64,000 nucleotides of DNA. It comes from a bacterium. Lineage in GTDB: Bacteria > SAR324 > JACQKK01. The notes beneath the pieces are model-generated. The model had not been told where the DNA came from. It ran no database searches and saw only the letters and a program-made list of their open reading frames with translations. Where the stretch lies: positions 32,001-96,000 of the forward strand of contig OZ251219.1 in assembly GCA_965240465.1 (NCBI GenBank), given 5' to 3'. Below are positions 1-9,565 of this stretch, in pieces. Position 1 is the first letter of the stretch. Every line of letters begins with the position of its first letter. Made by a program: the position numbers and the translations under genes.

Positions 1-359
1 CGCTCATGAGGATCTAGACGGTTATCAGCAAAGAGTACCTTCCAAATCATAATCAGTATTTCTTTTTTCTGGGATTGATCCAGGTGCTGGGAAAGAGTAT
101 GAGTGAATGGCCAAAGGTCTGATTGTTTTTCCATTTCCTGCTTGGCTTGTTGAATAATATCTTGAGCGAGTTGGGTATCAATTTGAAAATGCTGTTTTAA
201 GGATTTTAGGATAATCTGTTGTTCGGTATGAGTAATTTGCTCATCTATTTCTGCGGCTTCTAGCAAAATGGCACAAACTGCTAGGGGGAGGTTAATTTGT
301 TTTTCAGTTTGGCGGGTTATTTTTTCGGTTTTAATAATAGAGTTAATCCAGTTTTTCAT
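1..359 (-). CDS. TerB-family (tellurite resistance TerB-like) protein, runs off window start
   Basis: Not in the ORF track. Manual translation from ATG at 359: MKNWINSII...LAVCAILLEAAEIDEQITHTEQQII...SDLWPFT..L...EILIMIWKVLFADNRLDPHE, a TerB pattern. ATGA overlap with the TPR gene stop. Confidence 0.75.
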   Translation of the reverse strand, partial: MKNWINSIIKTEKITRQTEKQINLPLAVCAILLEAAEIDEQITHTEQQIILKSLKQHFQIDTQLAQDIIQQAKQEMEKQSDLWPFTHTLSQHLDQSQKKEILIMIWKVLFADNRLDPHE

Positions 360-2275
360 GATGAGCAATTTTGTTGAAGGAAGTAAAAAAAGCGGGGGCT
401 TATAACGGGAAGCTGGGGAGGAAGAAATAGTGGTCCTGGTGGTGGAGAGGGAATCAGGAGTAGCTGCGAGGGCATAGATTGTTGTAACAGGTTTTGTAGT
501 GAATTTGGCTGTTTGAGTATCCTTAATCTTTCAATAAATATTAGTTGCCAAGGAGATACTTGTGCTAGTCCTTTTTCCAGAGCGATGCGTGCTCGTTGTT
601 TTTGTCCTTGGGCAATTGCCGTTCGGCTAAGTCCTTCCAACAGCAGGGGACTATTGGGAAAGGTATTTAGGGCTCGGTTATAGATGCGTTGGGCTTCTTT
701 GACTTGTCCATTAAGATGTAGCATATCTCCTGCGAGACGGGCAGCCCATCCATTGGTAGCAGGACTACTAAGCCAAGGACGCAGAGTATTTTGTGCCGCC
801 CGAGTTTTCTTTAGAGCGTTCAGGGAAATAGCTTTTAATATCTGCACCCGCCAAGGAGAAATGCCAAACTCGGTATCCTGTGCTGATATTTGAGATACGA
901 TAGAAAGAGCTTTAGAGTATCGCTGAGTAAGGTATGCCTGTCTGGCACGGGCAAAGGCGACATGCTGAGGTGCTGCCAGTGGGCCGATAGAGTTAATAAT
1001 ATCCAAGGCTTGCTGGAAATCCTGTGCCAGAGTGGCTATATCAACCTTAAGCAGTAATGCTTGGGTGTCATGTGGTGAGTGTTCCAAGTACTTATTAAGA
1101 AGTCGCTGGGCTTCTTCTTGTCTAGATTGTTGGATCAGAACCGCAATACGCAACAAATGGGTGTGACGATGATTAGATTGAATTCTTTCAGCTTGTTCAA
1201 TCTCTACTTGGGCCAGGTCTGATCGGCTGAGAGATAGATAGACCGAAGCACGCATGCGTCGTACCCAAGGAGTTACCGCATGAGCCGAAGATAAATTAAG
1301 TACCTGCTGTAATGTTTCCAGCACTTGCTGAGGCTGATAAGCTTGCAATTGCATCTGAGCAAGTACCAAGCGGGTTTTTACATCTTTGGGATATTTTTGT
1401 TGTCGTGCTTGGAGCAGTGCTTGGGCGGATTTGGGTTGTCCTTTGCTTTGCGTTAACAAGGCTCTATAGATGTGAGAGTTAGTAAGTGAGACATCGGAAG
1501 CAAAGGAACTCTGTAGGGCTTGGGACAATTCCTGCCAGCGTGCTAGCCGCCAGAGGAAATCAATACGTTCTTCAATGAGGCATTGGCTATGAGGATATTT
1601 CTTTAATCCATCATCCAATATTTTCAGTGCCTGCTGCGACCTCCCATAAAGATGTTCCAAACGTGCCATTAGCACCCTAACCACAGGGCTCTCAGACAGA
1701 CCATTCAGGCGTGCCGAAGCCAAATACAGCTGACCGCTATCCAGAAGTATTTCTGCTAAGGCTTCATCCAGAGCAGAACGGCGGCCAGAATTAATTTCAG
1801 TTTGCTGCAAAATATTTTCCGCCTGTTGCCACTTACCTTGCTCAGCCAAAACGCTTCCTAGTAACAACCCTGTCTGCCAATCACGGGGAGAAACCACTAC
1901 CGCCTGTTCCAATATCTGTAGTGCCTGAATACTATACCCATTCGCTAACAAGGCTTGACCTAAAATAATCAAATTCTTGCCCTGTAGAGGTTGCAAACGC
2001 CAGGCAACTTCAGCCTCAGATTGGGCTTCCTGAGTATCTCCCCTTGCCAATAAAAACTGTGCCAGCTCCCTATGTGCTCTTGCACTACCAGCACGACGCT
2101 CAACCCTAGCACGCAAATTACGCTCCTCTCCCCCTACCTCAGCACCAAACTTTCCCTCCAACCCTGCAGTACCTGAACTACAACCCAGTGAACCAGCTAT
2201 CAACATCCCGAACGCTAGAAAAACACACGCCTGCCTAACTACCCAACATTTGACAATCAAAAACACACTCATCAA
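356..2275 (-). CDS. Tetratricopeptide-repeat protein, probable lipoprotein
   Basis: Repeated A/L/G helical TPR patterns; N-terminal hydrophobic segment ending SLGC. Confidence 0.75.
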   Translation of the reverse strand: MMSVFLIVKCWVVRQACVFLAFGMLIAGSLGCSSGTAGLEGKFGAEVGGEERNLRARVERRAGSARAHRELAQFLLARGDTQEAQSEAEVAWRLQPLQGKNLIILGQALLANGYSIQALQILEQAVVVSPRDWQTGLLLGSVLAEQGKWQQAENILQQTEINSGRRSALDEALAEILLDSGQLYLASARLNGLSESPVVRVLMARLEHLYGRSQQALKILDDGLKKYPHSQCLIEERIDFLWRLARWQELSQALQSSFASDVSLTNSHIYRALLTQSKGQPKSAQALLQARQQKYPKDVKTRLVLAQMQLQAYQPQQVLETLQQVLNLSSAHAVTPWVRRMRASVYLSLSRSDLAQVEIEQAERIQSNHRHTHLLRIAVLIQQSRQEEAQRLLNKYLEHSPHDTQALLLKVDIATLAQDFQQALDIINSIGPLAAPQHVAFARARQAYLTQRYSKALSIVSQISAQDTEFGISPWRVQILKAISLNALKKTRAAQNTLRPWLSSPATNGWAARLAGDMLHLNGQVKEAQRIYNRALNTFPNSPLLLEGLSRTAIAQGQKQRARIALEKGLAQVSPWQLIFIERLRILKQPNSLQNLLQQSMPSQLLLIPSPPPGPLFLPPQLPVISPRFFYFLQQNCSS

Positions 2276-3045
2276 GAACCTCTCTTCTTCTTTCTGGAAC
2301 CCAAATCCAGCCGTAATACTTTAGCTGATGGCCCCTCATTCCCTTGGTTATCCACCAATCGCAAAGTGAACTCCCTAGCTACCCGAGCATCACCAGCTAC
2401 GGGAAACCATACCCACTGTGTAGATGTCAGCGGTTCCTTGTTTAGTGGGCGTAAGGACCAATCCTCCCCTTCAGTACGACCATATATGTTGACCCTTACT
2501 CCTCCAATCAAATCATCAACTGGCTGCCAAAACAAGCGTATAGCATCCGTACCCAAACGTTTCAAACTTAAGTGCCACCTAGGAATATCCACCATCCCAA
2601 TAAATAACTTACTCTCTGTCTCAGCTCCAAATCCGCCGTTTAGCAACTTCACACTAACCCCCGCTTGCAAAGAATACTCCCGTACATCCCTCAAAAGAAC
2701 ATATCGCCAAGCACCTTCTGAACGATATTGCATCCCAGCTCCCCCCTTTGCTATCTCTACCCCATCTAATTCTCTAAACAGTTCTTCGGCTACCTTCCAA
2801 ATCTTCCGCTCTTTTGGCTCACACAGAACACATCCGCGTACTAGGTACTCCACCCTCAAACGCCACTCAGCTACTTCTGTACCAACAACCCTGCTCATTC
2901 GCCAACCTAGCCACATGTTGCCATCAATATGGCGTAACTCTACTTCCATAGGCCGTGGACGCAACAAAAAACCCGGCTGTGGTGCCAAATTAGAACCACA
3001 ACCTACCAATACTAACCACAACAATCCAAAGCCTAAATTCCTCAT
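2272..3045 (-). CDS. Hypothetical lipoprotein with a C-terminal FN3-like beta domain
   Basis: Lipobox LVGC; C-terminal LFW...VNIY...PLN..PL...VDNQGNEGPSA resembles FN3; 4-bp overlap with the next gene. Confidence 0.55.
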   Translation of the reverse strand: MRNLGFGLLWLVLVGCGSNLAPQPGFLLRPRPMEVELRHIDGNMWLGWRMSRVVGTEVAEWRLRVEYLVRGCVLCEPKERKIWKVAEELFRELDGVEIAKGGAGMQYRSEGAWRYVLLRDVREYSLQAGVSVKLLNGGFGAETESKLFIGMVDIPRWHLSLKRLGTDAIRLFWQPVDDLIGGVRVNIYGRTEGEDWSLRPLNKEPLTSTQWVWFPVAGDARVAREFTLRLVDNQGNEGPSAKVLRLDLGSRKKKRGS

Positions 3046-3067
3046 AAAAAACTCCCCAAACTATTAC

Positions 3068-3529
3068 CTAACCTTCCAATTCCAATAACTCGCGCTTAAG
3101 CCACAAACCTCCTCCATACCCACCTAACCCCCCATCCCATGATATTACCCGATGACAAGGCACTACCACAGATAATAAATTACTCCCCAACGCACCACCA
3201 ACAGCCCTAGCTCCACCATCGCAACCCAAACGACTTGCCAAGCTACCATAACTCAAGGTCTCGCCATACTTGATTTCAGCTAACTCCTTCCACACCCCAC
3301 AACGAAAATCACTCCCTTCCATCCGCAAGGGTAAATCAAACTCTCTTAGTTCTCCACTAAAGTACAAACTAAACTGACGCTCAACCGCTCTAAAAGACCT
3401 GGCATCACGCTCCCAATCATTAACCCGAGGTACCGTCATATGCTCCTTAAAACAAATACCCTCCACCTGCTTACCATCACCCCACGCCAATATTTCTCCA
3501 TAGGGACTATCAAACTGATGAAACAACAT
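3068..3529 (-). CDS. ogt: Methylated-DNA--protein-cysteine methyltransferase
   Basis: PCHRV active site, YGET.SY, ARAVG, GYGGG..K..LL.LE. Confidence 0.95.
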   Translation of the reverse strand: MLFHQFDSPYGEILAWGDGKQVEGICFKEHMTVPRVNDWERDARSFRAVERQFSLYFSGELREFDLPLRMEGSDFRCGVWKELAEIKYGETLSYGSLASRLGCDGGARAVGGALGSNLLSVVVPCHRVISWDGGLGGYGGGLWLKRELLELEG

Positions 3530-3718
3530 GGCATACTCCTTTAACTACATAATTGTTTGATTATAGAAGTCTGGTGAAATTTCAGGCATAAAACAATCAT
3601 GAACCACGAATTTATTGTTGTTTGTGAAAAATAAATCAGTTTCCTTGGCTGTGCTTAGCTGTGCTTAGCTATCTAGTATCAAGGAATATATGCTAGTAAC
3701 GATGCTCGGGGAGGGAGT

Positions 3719-5389
3719 GTGCATTTGCTGAGGCCAGAGATGGAAGCATCATTAGAGCAGAGATTATGCAAGCATTTTGCTCAAAGACGGCCCGTAGTGC
3801 TGATTATATTAGACGGCTGGGGCTTGGGAGATGGAGGATCGGGCGATGCCATACATCTTGCACGTACAACAGCCACTGATGGCTTAACTGAGCAATATCC
3901 GTACACTCAGTTATGGACGCATGGGCCTTATGTAGGCTTACCTACAGAGGGCGATTTGGGTGGATCTGAAGTTGGTCACATAACTTTGGGAGCAGGGAGA
4001 ATTATCCATCAGGGAGCTACACGCATCAAGCAAGCCTTAGCCGAGGGGGAATTTTTTGCTACCGATGCTGCAAAGCATATTTTTGTCAATTGCATAAAGC
4101 ATGATAGTGCTCTTCATTTATTGGGATTGCTATCGGACGGGAATGTTCATAGTCATATTGAGCATTTCATGGCTTTTGTGGATGAGGCTTCCAAGCGAGG
4201 AATCAGGCGATTATATGTACATGCCCTGCTTGATGGTCGTGATGTTCCATATCAATCGGCATTGAAATATATACAAATGATGGAGGATAAACTGCGGCGG
4301 GTCAGCGGCGAGAATAAAGATTACGCCATTGCCAGTGGTGGAGGGAGGGAACAAATCACGATGGATAGAGACAAGATTTGGTCACGAGTAGAGCTGGGCT
4401 GGCAGACACACGTGCATGGTCAGGCGAAATTACGCGTATCCTGTGCTGAGGAGGCAATTTTAGTTGCACGGAAGCAGCATCCAAAAATGATAGACCAAGA
4501 TTTACCTCCCTTTGTGGTGGTACGTAATGGCGAGCCCTTAGGAGCAATGCAAGATGGCGATTCAGTAGTGTTTATGAATTTTCGCAGCGATAGAGCAATC
4601 GAGTTCACCACCGCCATGTTGGCAGATGACTTTAACGGCTTTCAACGGGGAAAACGTCCCAAGGTGGTGTTCGGCGGCATGACCACCTATGATGAAGACC
4701 TTAACCTTCCTCCTCTTAACATGCAACCTCCTGTGAAGGTCAATAACCCGCTGGGAGACCGCCTCAGGAAGTTAGGACTAAGGCAGTTTCGGTTAGCAGA
4801 GACCCAAAAATTTCCTCATGTCACCTTCTTTTTTAATGGCGGTCGTCGGGAAGCATATCCTGATGAAACCTACACCCTCATCCCCTCTGACAAGCTAACT
4901 TCATTTATCCAAGCTCCCAAAATGCAAGCAGCCAAGATAGCCCAAGCTGCAACCTCGCTAATCGCCAGTGGGGAATATCAATTTGGGCTCGTCAATTTTG
5001 CCAATCCAGATATGGTCGGGCATACAGGCGATATATCTGCCGTCAAGCAAGCCGTCCAAGCTACCGATAATGCCCTCGGGCAAGTCCTGCAAGCCATTGA
5101 AAAAGCTGGTGGAACAGCCATCGTTACCGCAGACCACGGCAATGCTGATGAAATGCTGGTGATAAACCCTCGCACCCACCAACCAGAACCTAGCACCAAG
5201 CACTCGCTAAACCCTGTTCCTCTGTGGCTTTTTGATCCTATTACCAAAAATTCTCAGCGTCCTTATCAGCTACGACCCTGCCCGCCCGACAACCCCAATA
5301 CACTGGCTAATATCGCGGCAACTATTTTTATTATGCTAGCTGAAATGCCACCCAATGATCTGCATAACCACCTTTTCATCCTTAATTGA
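3719..5389 (+). CDS. gpmI: 2,3-bisphosphoglycerate-independent phosphoglycerate mutase
   Basis: IILDGWG, SEVGH, SDGNVHSH, LDGRD, AETQKFPHVTFFFNGG, NPDMVGHTG, TADHGNA. Confidence 0.97.
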   Translation: MHLLRPEMEASLEQRLCKHFAQRRPVVLIILDGWGLGDGGSGDAIHLARTTATDGLTEQYPYTQLWTHGPYVGLPTEGDLGGSEVGHITLGAGRIIHQGATRIKQALAEGEFFATDAAKHIFVNCIKHDSALHLLGLLSDGNVHSHIEHFMAFVDEASKRGIRRLYVHALLDGRDVPYQSALKYIQMMEDKLRRVSGENKDYAIASGGGREQITMDRDKIWSRVELGWQTHVHGQAKLRVSCAEEAILVARKQHPKMIDQDLPPFVVVRNGEPLGAMQDGDSVVFMNFRSDRAIEFTTAMLADDFNGFQRGKRPKVVFGGMTTYDEDLNLPPLNMQPPVKVNNPLGDRLRKLGLRQFRLAETQKFPHVTFFFNGGRREAYPDETYTLIPSDKLTSFIQAPKMQAAKIAQAATSLIASGEYQFGLVNFANPDMVGHTGDISAVKQAVQATDNALGQVLQAIEKAGGTAIVTADHGNADEMLVINPRTHQPEPSTKHSLNPVPLWLFDPITKNSQRPYQLRPCPPDNPNTLANIAATIFIMLAEMPPNDLHNHLFILN

Positions 5390-5408
5390 TAAAATAGGAG
5401 GCGTATAC

Positions 5409-6188
5409 ATGAATATCCTTGCTGGATTCTCACCGTTGTTTCTTAAGAATTCTTCCCTTACTCATATCACCCCTAAAAAACCCATCCACCTTGATTTTAC
5501 CGAAACACTCTTCAACCAACAACAAAACCTCTCCAATCTGTCCCATGGCTACCTGGGCAGAGGCATCGTACAGGGGCTGGCTACCGATGGACAACATGCC
5601 CTCCAAGTTTATTGGCTGATGGGTCGCAGCCCCAGTAGTAAGGCACGTCGTCTGATAATTGAAAAAAATAAGCTGCTTATCCAAGCAACAGGCAAAGCCG
5701 AACTCAAAAACCCCGAACTATTGCTTTATACCGCCATGAATAGCTGTAAAAAACACTGGATTGTTTCCAACGGTCAGCACACGGAATTACTCGTCCAAGC
5801 GGCACAGAAAAATACTCACCCCCTCACCGCCATCTACACCCTACAGCCCGAACCCGATGAACATCTCACCCCACGCATCGCCGCAGGCATAACCCCAGAA
5901 AAATCATGCTGGCTTGCTATCGTCCAGCAAGGAAAACACCGCACCTTCACTTATCCTCTACAACCCCAATCTGCATTCGGAATCCACACCTATCAACCTC
6001 CAACTACTCAACCCCTGACCCCTTTCTCCAAACTGCCACTACCCTTGCCTCTCCTAAATCCCCAAGAGACCGCCAATTCATACTGGCAACACCTTAACCC
6101 GAAAACACGCATTGCTCTCGCAGTACGTAGCATTAACCTTGAAAAACAAACCTGCCAATTCTACCTCCCAACTGATACCCAACCTTGA
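5409..6188 (+). CDS. PurO-like (archaeal-type) IMP cyclohydrolase family protein
   Basis: YLGRGI...YWLMGRS.SS..R, LLLYTA, IVSNGQHT, PEPD...TPRI, IHTY. Start chosen after AGGAGG at 5396. Confidence 0.75.
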   Translation: MNILAGFSPLFLKNSSLTHITPKKPIHLDFTETLFNQQQNLSNLSHGYLGRGIVQGLATDGQHALQVYWLMGRSPSSKARRLIIEKNKLLIQATGKAELKNPELLLYTAMNSCKKHWIVSNGQHTELLVQAAQKNTHPLTAIYTLQPEPDEHLTPRIAAGITPEKSCWLAIVQQGKHRTFTYPLQPQSAFGIHTYQPPTTQPLTPFSKLPLPLPLLNPQETANSYWQHLNPKTRIALAVRSINLEKQTCQFYLPTDTQP

Positions 6189-6248
6189 CAAAACCTTGAC
6201 AACAATGGTGAATATTGTTAGCATCCAGAAAAATCCTCAGTGGAGAGT

Positions 6249-6719
6249 ATGGGACAAAAAGCATCAAAAAATCACTCTAAGCCTTCGCTCTGGAGGCTAT
6301 CGGGAAGAAGAGTCCGACTGTCTTATTTGGGATGGAGCTTCTTAATCGGACTGGTTGCGGTCTTGATTGCTTTTTCGCTTGATGCCCTTTTTTTCCTCTT
6401 AATTGGTGGTCGGGCATTAGACTTTGCTGTGCTAATAGGCGAAGACCCTAGTATTTTCTTTAAGCTACTACTTGTTCCATCTTATTGGCTACAAATTTGC
6501 GTTTCGGCTCAGCGTTGCCAAGACATTGGTTGGCACAAAAAGTGGGCGTTCTTGCATTTGCCTTACTATGTTACTTACACCTTCGGTATCAGCCAGATTG
6601 CCGCTACCATCTTCAGTATTGTTGGTTTAATCCTTTGGCTAATTCTGATTTTCAAAGCTGGTGATAAAAGCAACAATCGTTATGGACCTCCGCCAGCAAA
6701 GCTGAGGAAAGCAGAATAA
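6249..6719 (+). CDS. DUF805 family membrane protein
   Basis: GRRVRLSY, QRCQDIGW, G....NRYGPPP; several hydrophobic helices. Confidence 0.8.
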   Translation: MGQKASKNHSKPSLWRLSGRRVRLSYLGWSFLIGLVAVLIAFSLDALFFLLIGGRALDFAVLIGEDPSIFFKLLLVPSYWLQICVSAQRCQDIGWHKKWAFLHLPYYVTYTFGISQIAATIFSIVGLILWLILIFKAGDKSNNRYGPPPAKLRKAE

Positions 6720-6749
6720 GCAAGGTTCACACCTAGCAGATTAGCGGTC

Positions 6750-6816
6750 ACTAATTAGGAGTACTATTAGGAATTACTAATTAGGAATTACTTATTAGGA
6801 ATTACTAATTAGGATT
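6750..6816. repeat. Degenerate 13-14 bp tandem repeat (ACTAATTAGGAATT, ~5 copies) overlapping the lon stop
   Basis: actaattaggagt actattaggaatt actaattaggaatt acttattaggaatt actaattaggatt read directly. Confidence 0.85.
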
Positions 6817-9267
6817 GGCAGGCACAGCTGTGTAAGGCTTAGATTGCTTGATTTGCTCTAATTTTTGCAGATCTAGTGCTATCTCTGTAGAACTGAGGGA
6901 CTGTGGCTGGCGTGTAAGGGCTATTGGTATAAGTTCGTCAAAGCGTTGGATGGGGATGATATTGATGTCATCTGTAATTTCTGCGGGGATGTCTTGCAAG
7001 TCTTTTTTGTTGTCGGCAGGGATGATAACGGTTTTGATATGGCTACGCTTGGCTGCCAATAGTTTATTTTTAATGCCTCCTACTTGGAGAATATTTCCTC
7101 GCAGAGTCATTTCGCCTGTCATGGCGACATCGTGTTTAACCGGTATTTTAGTCAGTGCACTCAACAGAGATGTCACTAGGGTAATGCCAGCAGAAGGGCC
7201 GTCTTTGGGAATGGCACCTTCGGGCAAATGGATGTGGAGGTCTGATTCTTTGAGGTACGAGCTCCAGATTCCAAATCTGTCAGCATAAGCCCGGATGTAG
7301 CTGATGGCGATTTCGGCAGATTCTTTCATCACATCACCCAGTTGCCCGGTGATGCGTCTTTTTCCAGATCCTGGCATCAGCTTGACTTCAGTGAGTATTA
7401 TCTCTCCACCGTCTGGAGTAACACCTAGGCCATTGGTGATACCCACTTCGTTTTTGCGGTCGCGATTGGCAGCGCGATACTTGGGGACACCGAGGTGCTT
7501 ATGTAAGTTTTTAGAAGTGATAGGAGCGATTTTATTGCTGTCTGTTTTAACAATACGGGTCACTATTTTGCGGAATATTTTTGACATTTCTCGTTCTAGG
7601 TTTCTTACTCCTGCTTCACGAGTGTAGTCGCGGACAACACTAAGGATGGCATCTTTGCTGAGTTGGATGTGTTCATCTTTAAGGCCGTGCGAAATAAGTA
7701 GTTTATTTTCCAGATGATTTTTAGCGATTTGGACTTTTTCAAGTTCGGTATATCCAGAGAACTTAACTACTTCCATGCGGTCTAACAGGGGAGCAACAAC
7801 GGTTTGAGTAGTATTGGCGGTGCAGATGAACAAAATTTGGGAGAGGTCATATTCCAGTTCAATGTAATGGTCCACGAATGATTGATTTTGTTCAGGGTCT
7901 AGTACTTCCAGTAGGGCGGATGAGGGATCCCCCATGATGCTGGAATAGAGTTTATCTATCTCATCTAGCAGAATGACTGCATTTTTGCTACCTGCCTTTT
8001 TCACTGCTTGTATAATTTTTCCAGGCATAGCACCAATGTAAGTACGGCGGTGACCACGAATCTCAGCCTCATCACGAATACCGCCCAGACTCATCCTCAC
8101 AAATTTTCTTCCCAAGGCACGAGCAATGGAACATCCCATAGAGGTCTTCCCCACCCCCGGAGGACCCACAAAGCAAAGGATGGGACCCTTTATTTTGCCT
8201 CGCAATTTGTTCACAGCCATGTATTCCAGCACGCGTTCTTTCACTTTTTCCAGTCCGTAGTGATCAGCTTCCAGTATTTCTTGAGATGCTTGCAGATCAA
8301 ATTTCTGCTTGCTTCGTGGTAATTGCCAGGGCAAAGATACCAGCCAATCTAAGTAATTTCGCACCACGCTAGCCTCTGCAGACAAGGGGGGCATCAAGCG
8401 TAGTTTCCGTAATTCGCGTTCGGCTGTTTCGCGGATGCTTTTGGACATCTTAGCAGCTTTGATTTGTTCTCCTATTTCCTCAAAATCTTCTTGCACTTCA
8501 GATCCATGTCCTAATTCGTTCTGAATGTTGCGTAGCTGTTCATTCAAGAATTCATTCTTTTGCTTTTTACCAATGTTATCGCGTACCTGACTGCGTAGCT
8601 TCTTTTGCATTTCAAGCACTATAGATTCTTGCTTTACAGCTTTAAGCACCATCTGCAAACGATTATAAACATCGTTCTCCTTAAGAATTTGCTGCTTTAG
8701 ATCCTGATCACACACCAACAAAGGTGCTAGTCTATCCGCCAGCTGGGCAGGGGGATAATCCAACAATAAATCTATATCAATCTCTTTGTTACTGCGATTG
8801 GCATCTAAATAGCGTCGTGCTACCTCCTTAGTCTCCACTGCCAGCTTTTCCAGAGCCTTCTCATCCCTGATAACCTCCTTTAACAAACGTACTTCTGCGT
8901 GATAACTATCACCATCAGAATCCATCCTCACCAATCCTGCCCGCTGATGAGCTTCAAACAAGGCTTTTAAATTTTTATTAGGCAGACGCATCACCTGCAA
9001 TACCACCCCTACCACGCCCACAGAAAATAAATCCTCCCGACGAGGATTATCATTGGTAGCATCGTTTTGGGTCACTACAAATATTCGCTTGTCGCCAGAT
9101 AGTGCTTCTTCCACAGCTTCTATAGAAAGCTTACGCCCAATATAAAAAGGGGCATTCGTACCAGGATAAATCACATCCTTACGCACGGGTAGCATGGGCA
9201 TACGCAGAATTTCTTTGCTGATACTCTCTTTGCTCATTAGATCTCTAGATCGTAGCCCGATGTGCAT
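6805..9267 (-). CDS. lon: ATP-dependent Lon protease
   Basis: GPPGVGKTS, LLDEIDK, HLPEGAIPKDGPSAG. True start may be the second Met (MSKES). Confidence 0.98.
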   Translation of the reverse strand: MHIGLRSRDLMSKESISKEILRMPMLPVRKDVIYPGTNAPFYIGRKLSIEAVEEALSGDKRIFVVTQNDATNDNPRREDLFSVGVVGVVLQVMRLPNKNLKALFEAHQRAGLVRMDSDGDSYHAEVRLLKEVIRDEKALEKLAVETKEVARRYLDANRSNKEIDIDLLLDYPPAQLADRLAPLLVCDQDLKQQILKENDVYNRLQMVLKAVKQESIVLEMQKKLRSQVRDNIGKKQKNEFLNEQLRNIQNELGHGSEVQEDFEEIGEQIKAAKMSKSIRETAERELRKLRLMPPLSAEASVVRNYLDWLVSLPWQLPRSKQKFDLQASQEILEADHYGLEKVKERVLEYMAVNKLRGKIKGPILCFVGPPGVGKTSMGCSIARALGRKFVRMSLGGIRDEAEIRGHRRTYIGAMPGKIIQAVKKAGSKNAVILLDEIDKLYSSIMGDPSSALLEVLDPEQNQSFVDHYIELEYDLSQILFICTANTTQTVVAPLLDRMEVVKFSGYTELEKVQIAKNHLENKLLISHGLKDEHIQLSKDAILSVVRDYTREAGVRNLEREMSKIFRKIVTRIVKTDSNKIAPITSKNLHKHLGVPKYRAANRDRKNEVGITNGLGVTPDGGEIILTEVKLMPGSGKRRITGQLGDVMKESAEIAISYIRAYADRFGIWSSYLKESDLHIHLPEGAIPKDGPSAGITLVTSLLSALTKIPVKHDVAMTGEMTLRGNILQVGGIKNKLLAAKRSHIKTVIIPADNKKDLQDIPAEITDDINIIPIQRFDELIPIALTRQPQSLSSTEIALDLQKLEQIKQSKPYTAVPANPN

Positions 9268-9565
9268 AATCAGCTAGATGGATTACCATCTCGCTGGCTA
9301 TATTTATACAAAGCCTCCGCCTTTATTAGACCCTAAATTCTGCTATATGGCAAGGCATATCAACATTTGTCTTGCATATGGTTAGAAACACCCCCATTCT
9401 GAGAGATTTTTTCAATAAAGCCTTATTTAACTCAAACGGTATGGCAAAGGAGTAGATAGAGTGGCATACTAGCAGTAAAAATTAACCGAGGATTCTCATC
9501 CACCGAATACCATCGGTCCCATTAAAGTAACCCCACGTATTCTGATCACCAGACTGATAATTGCA

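Noticed and set aside
2366-3088. 240-aa plus-strand ORF and the many other antisense ORFs in the track
   Set aside because: Shadows of real opposite-strand genes with no recognisable motifs; C-rich skew reduces stop codons.
6741-6767. CIRCE-like TTAGCGGTC-N9-GAGTACTAT
   Set aside because: 14/18 match, but it lies between two convergent 3' ends with no promoter and overlaps a tandem repeat; plausibly chance.
6750-6816. Possible CRISPR array (also considered for 41356-41417)
   Set aside because: Repeats are contiguous with no unique spacers, and no cas genes are present.
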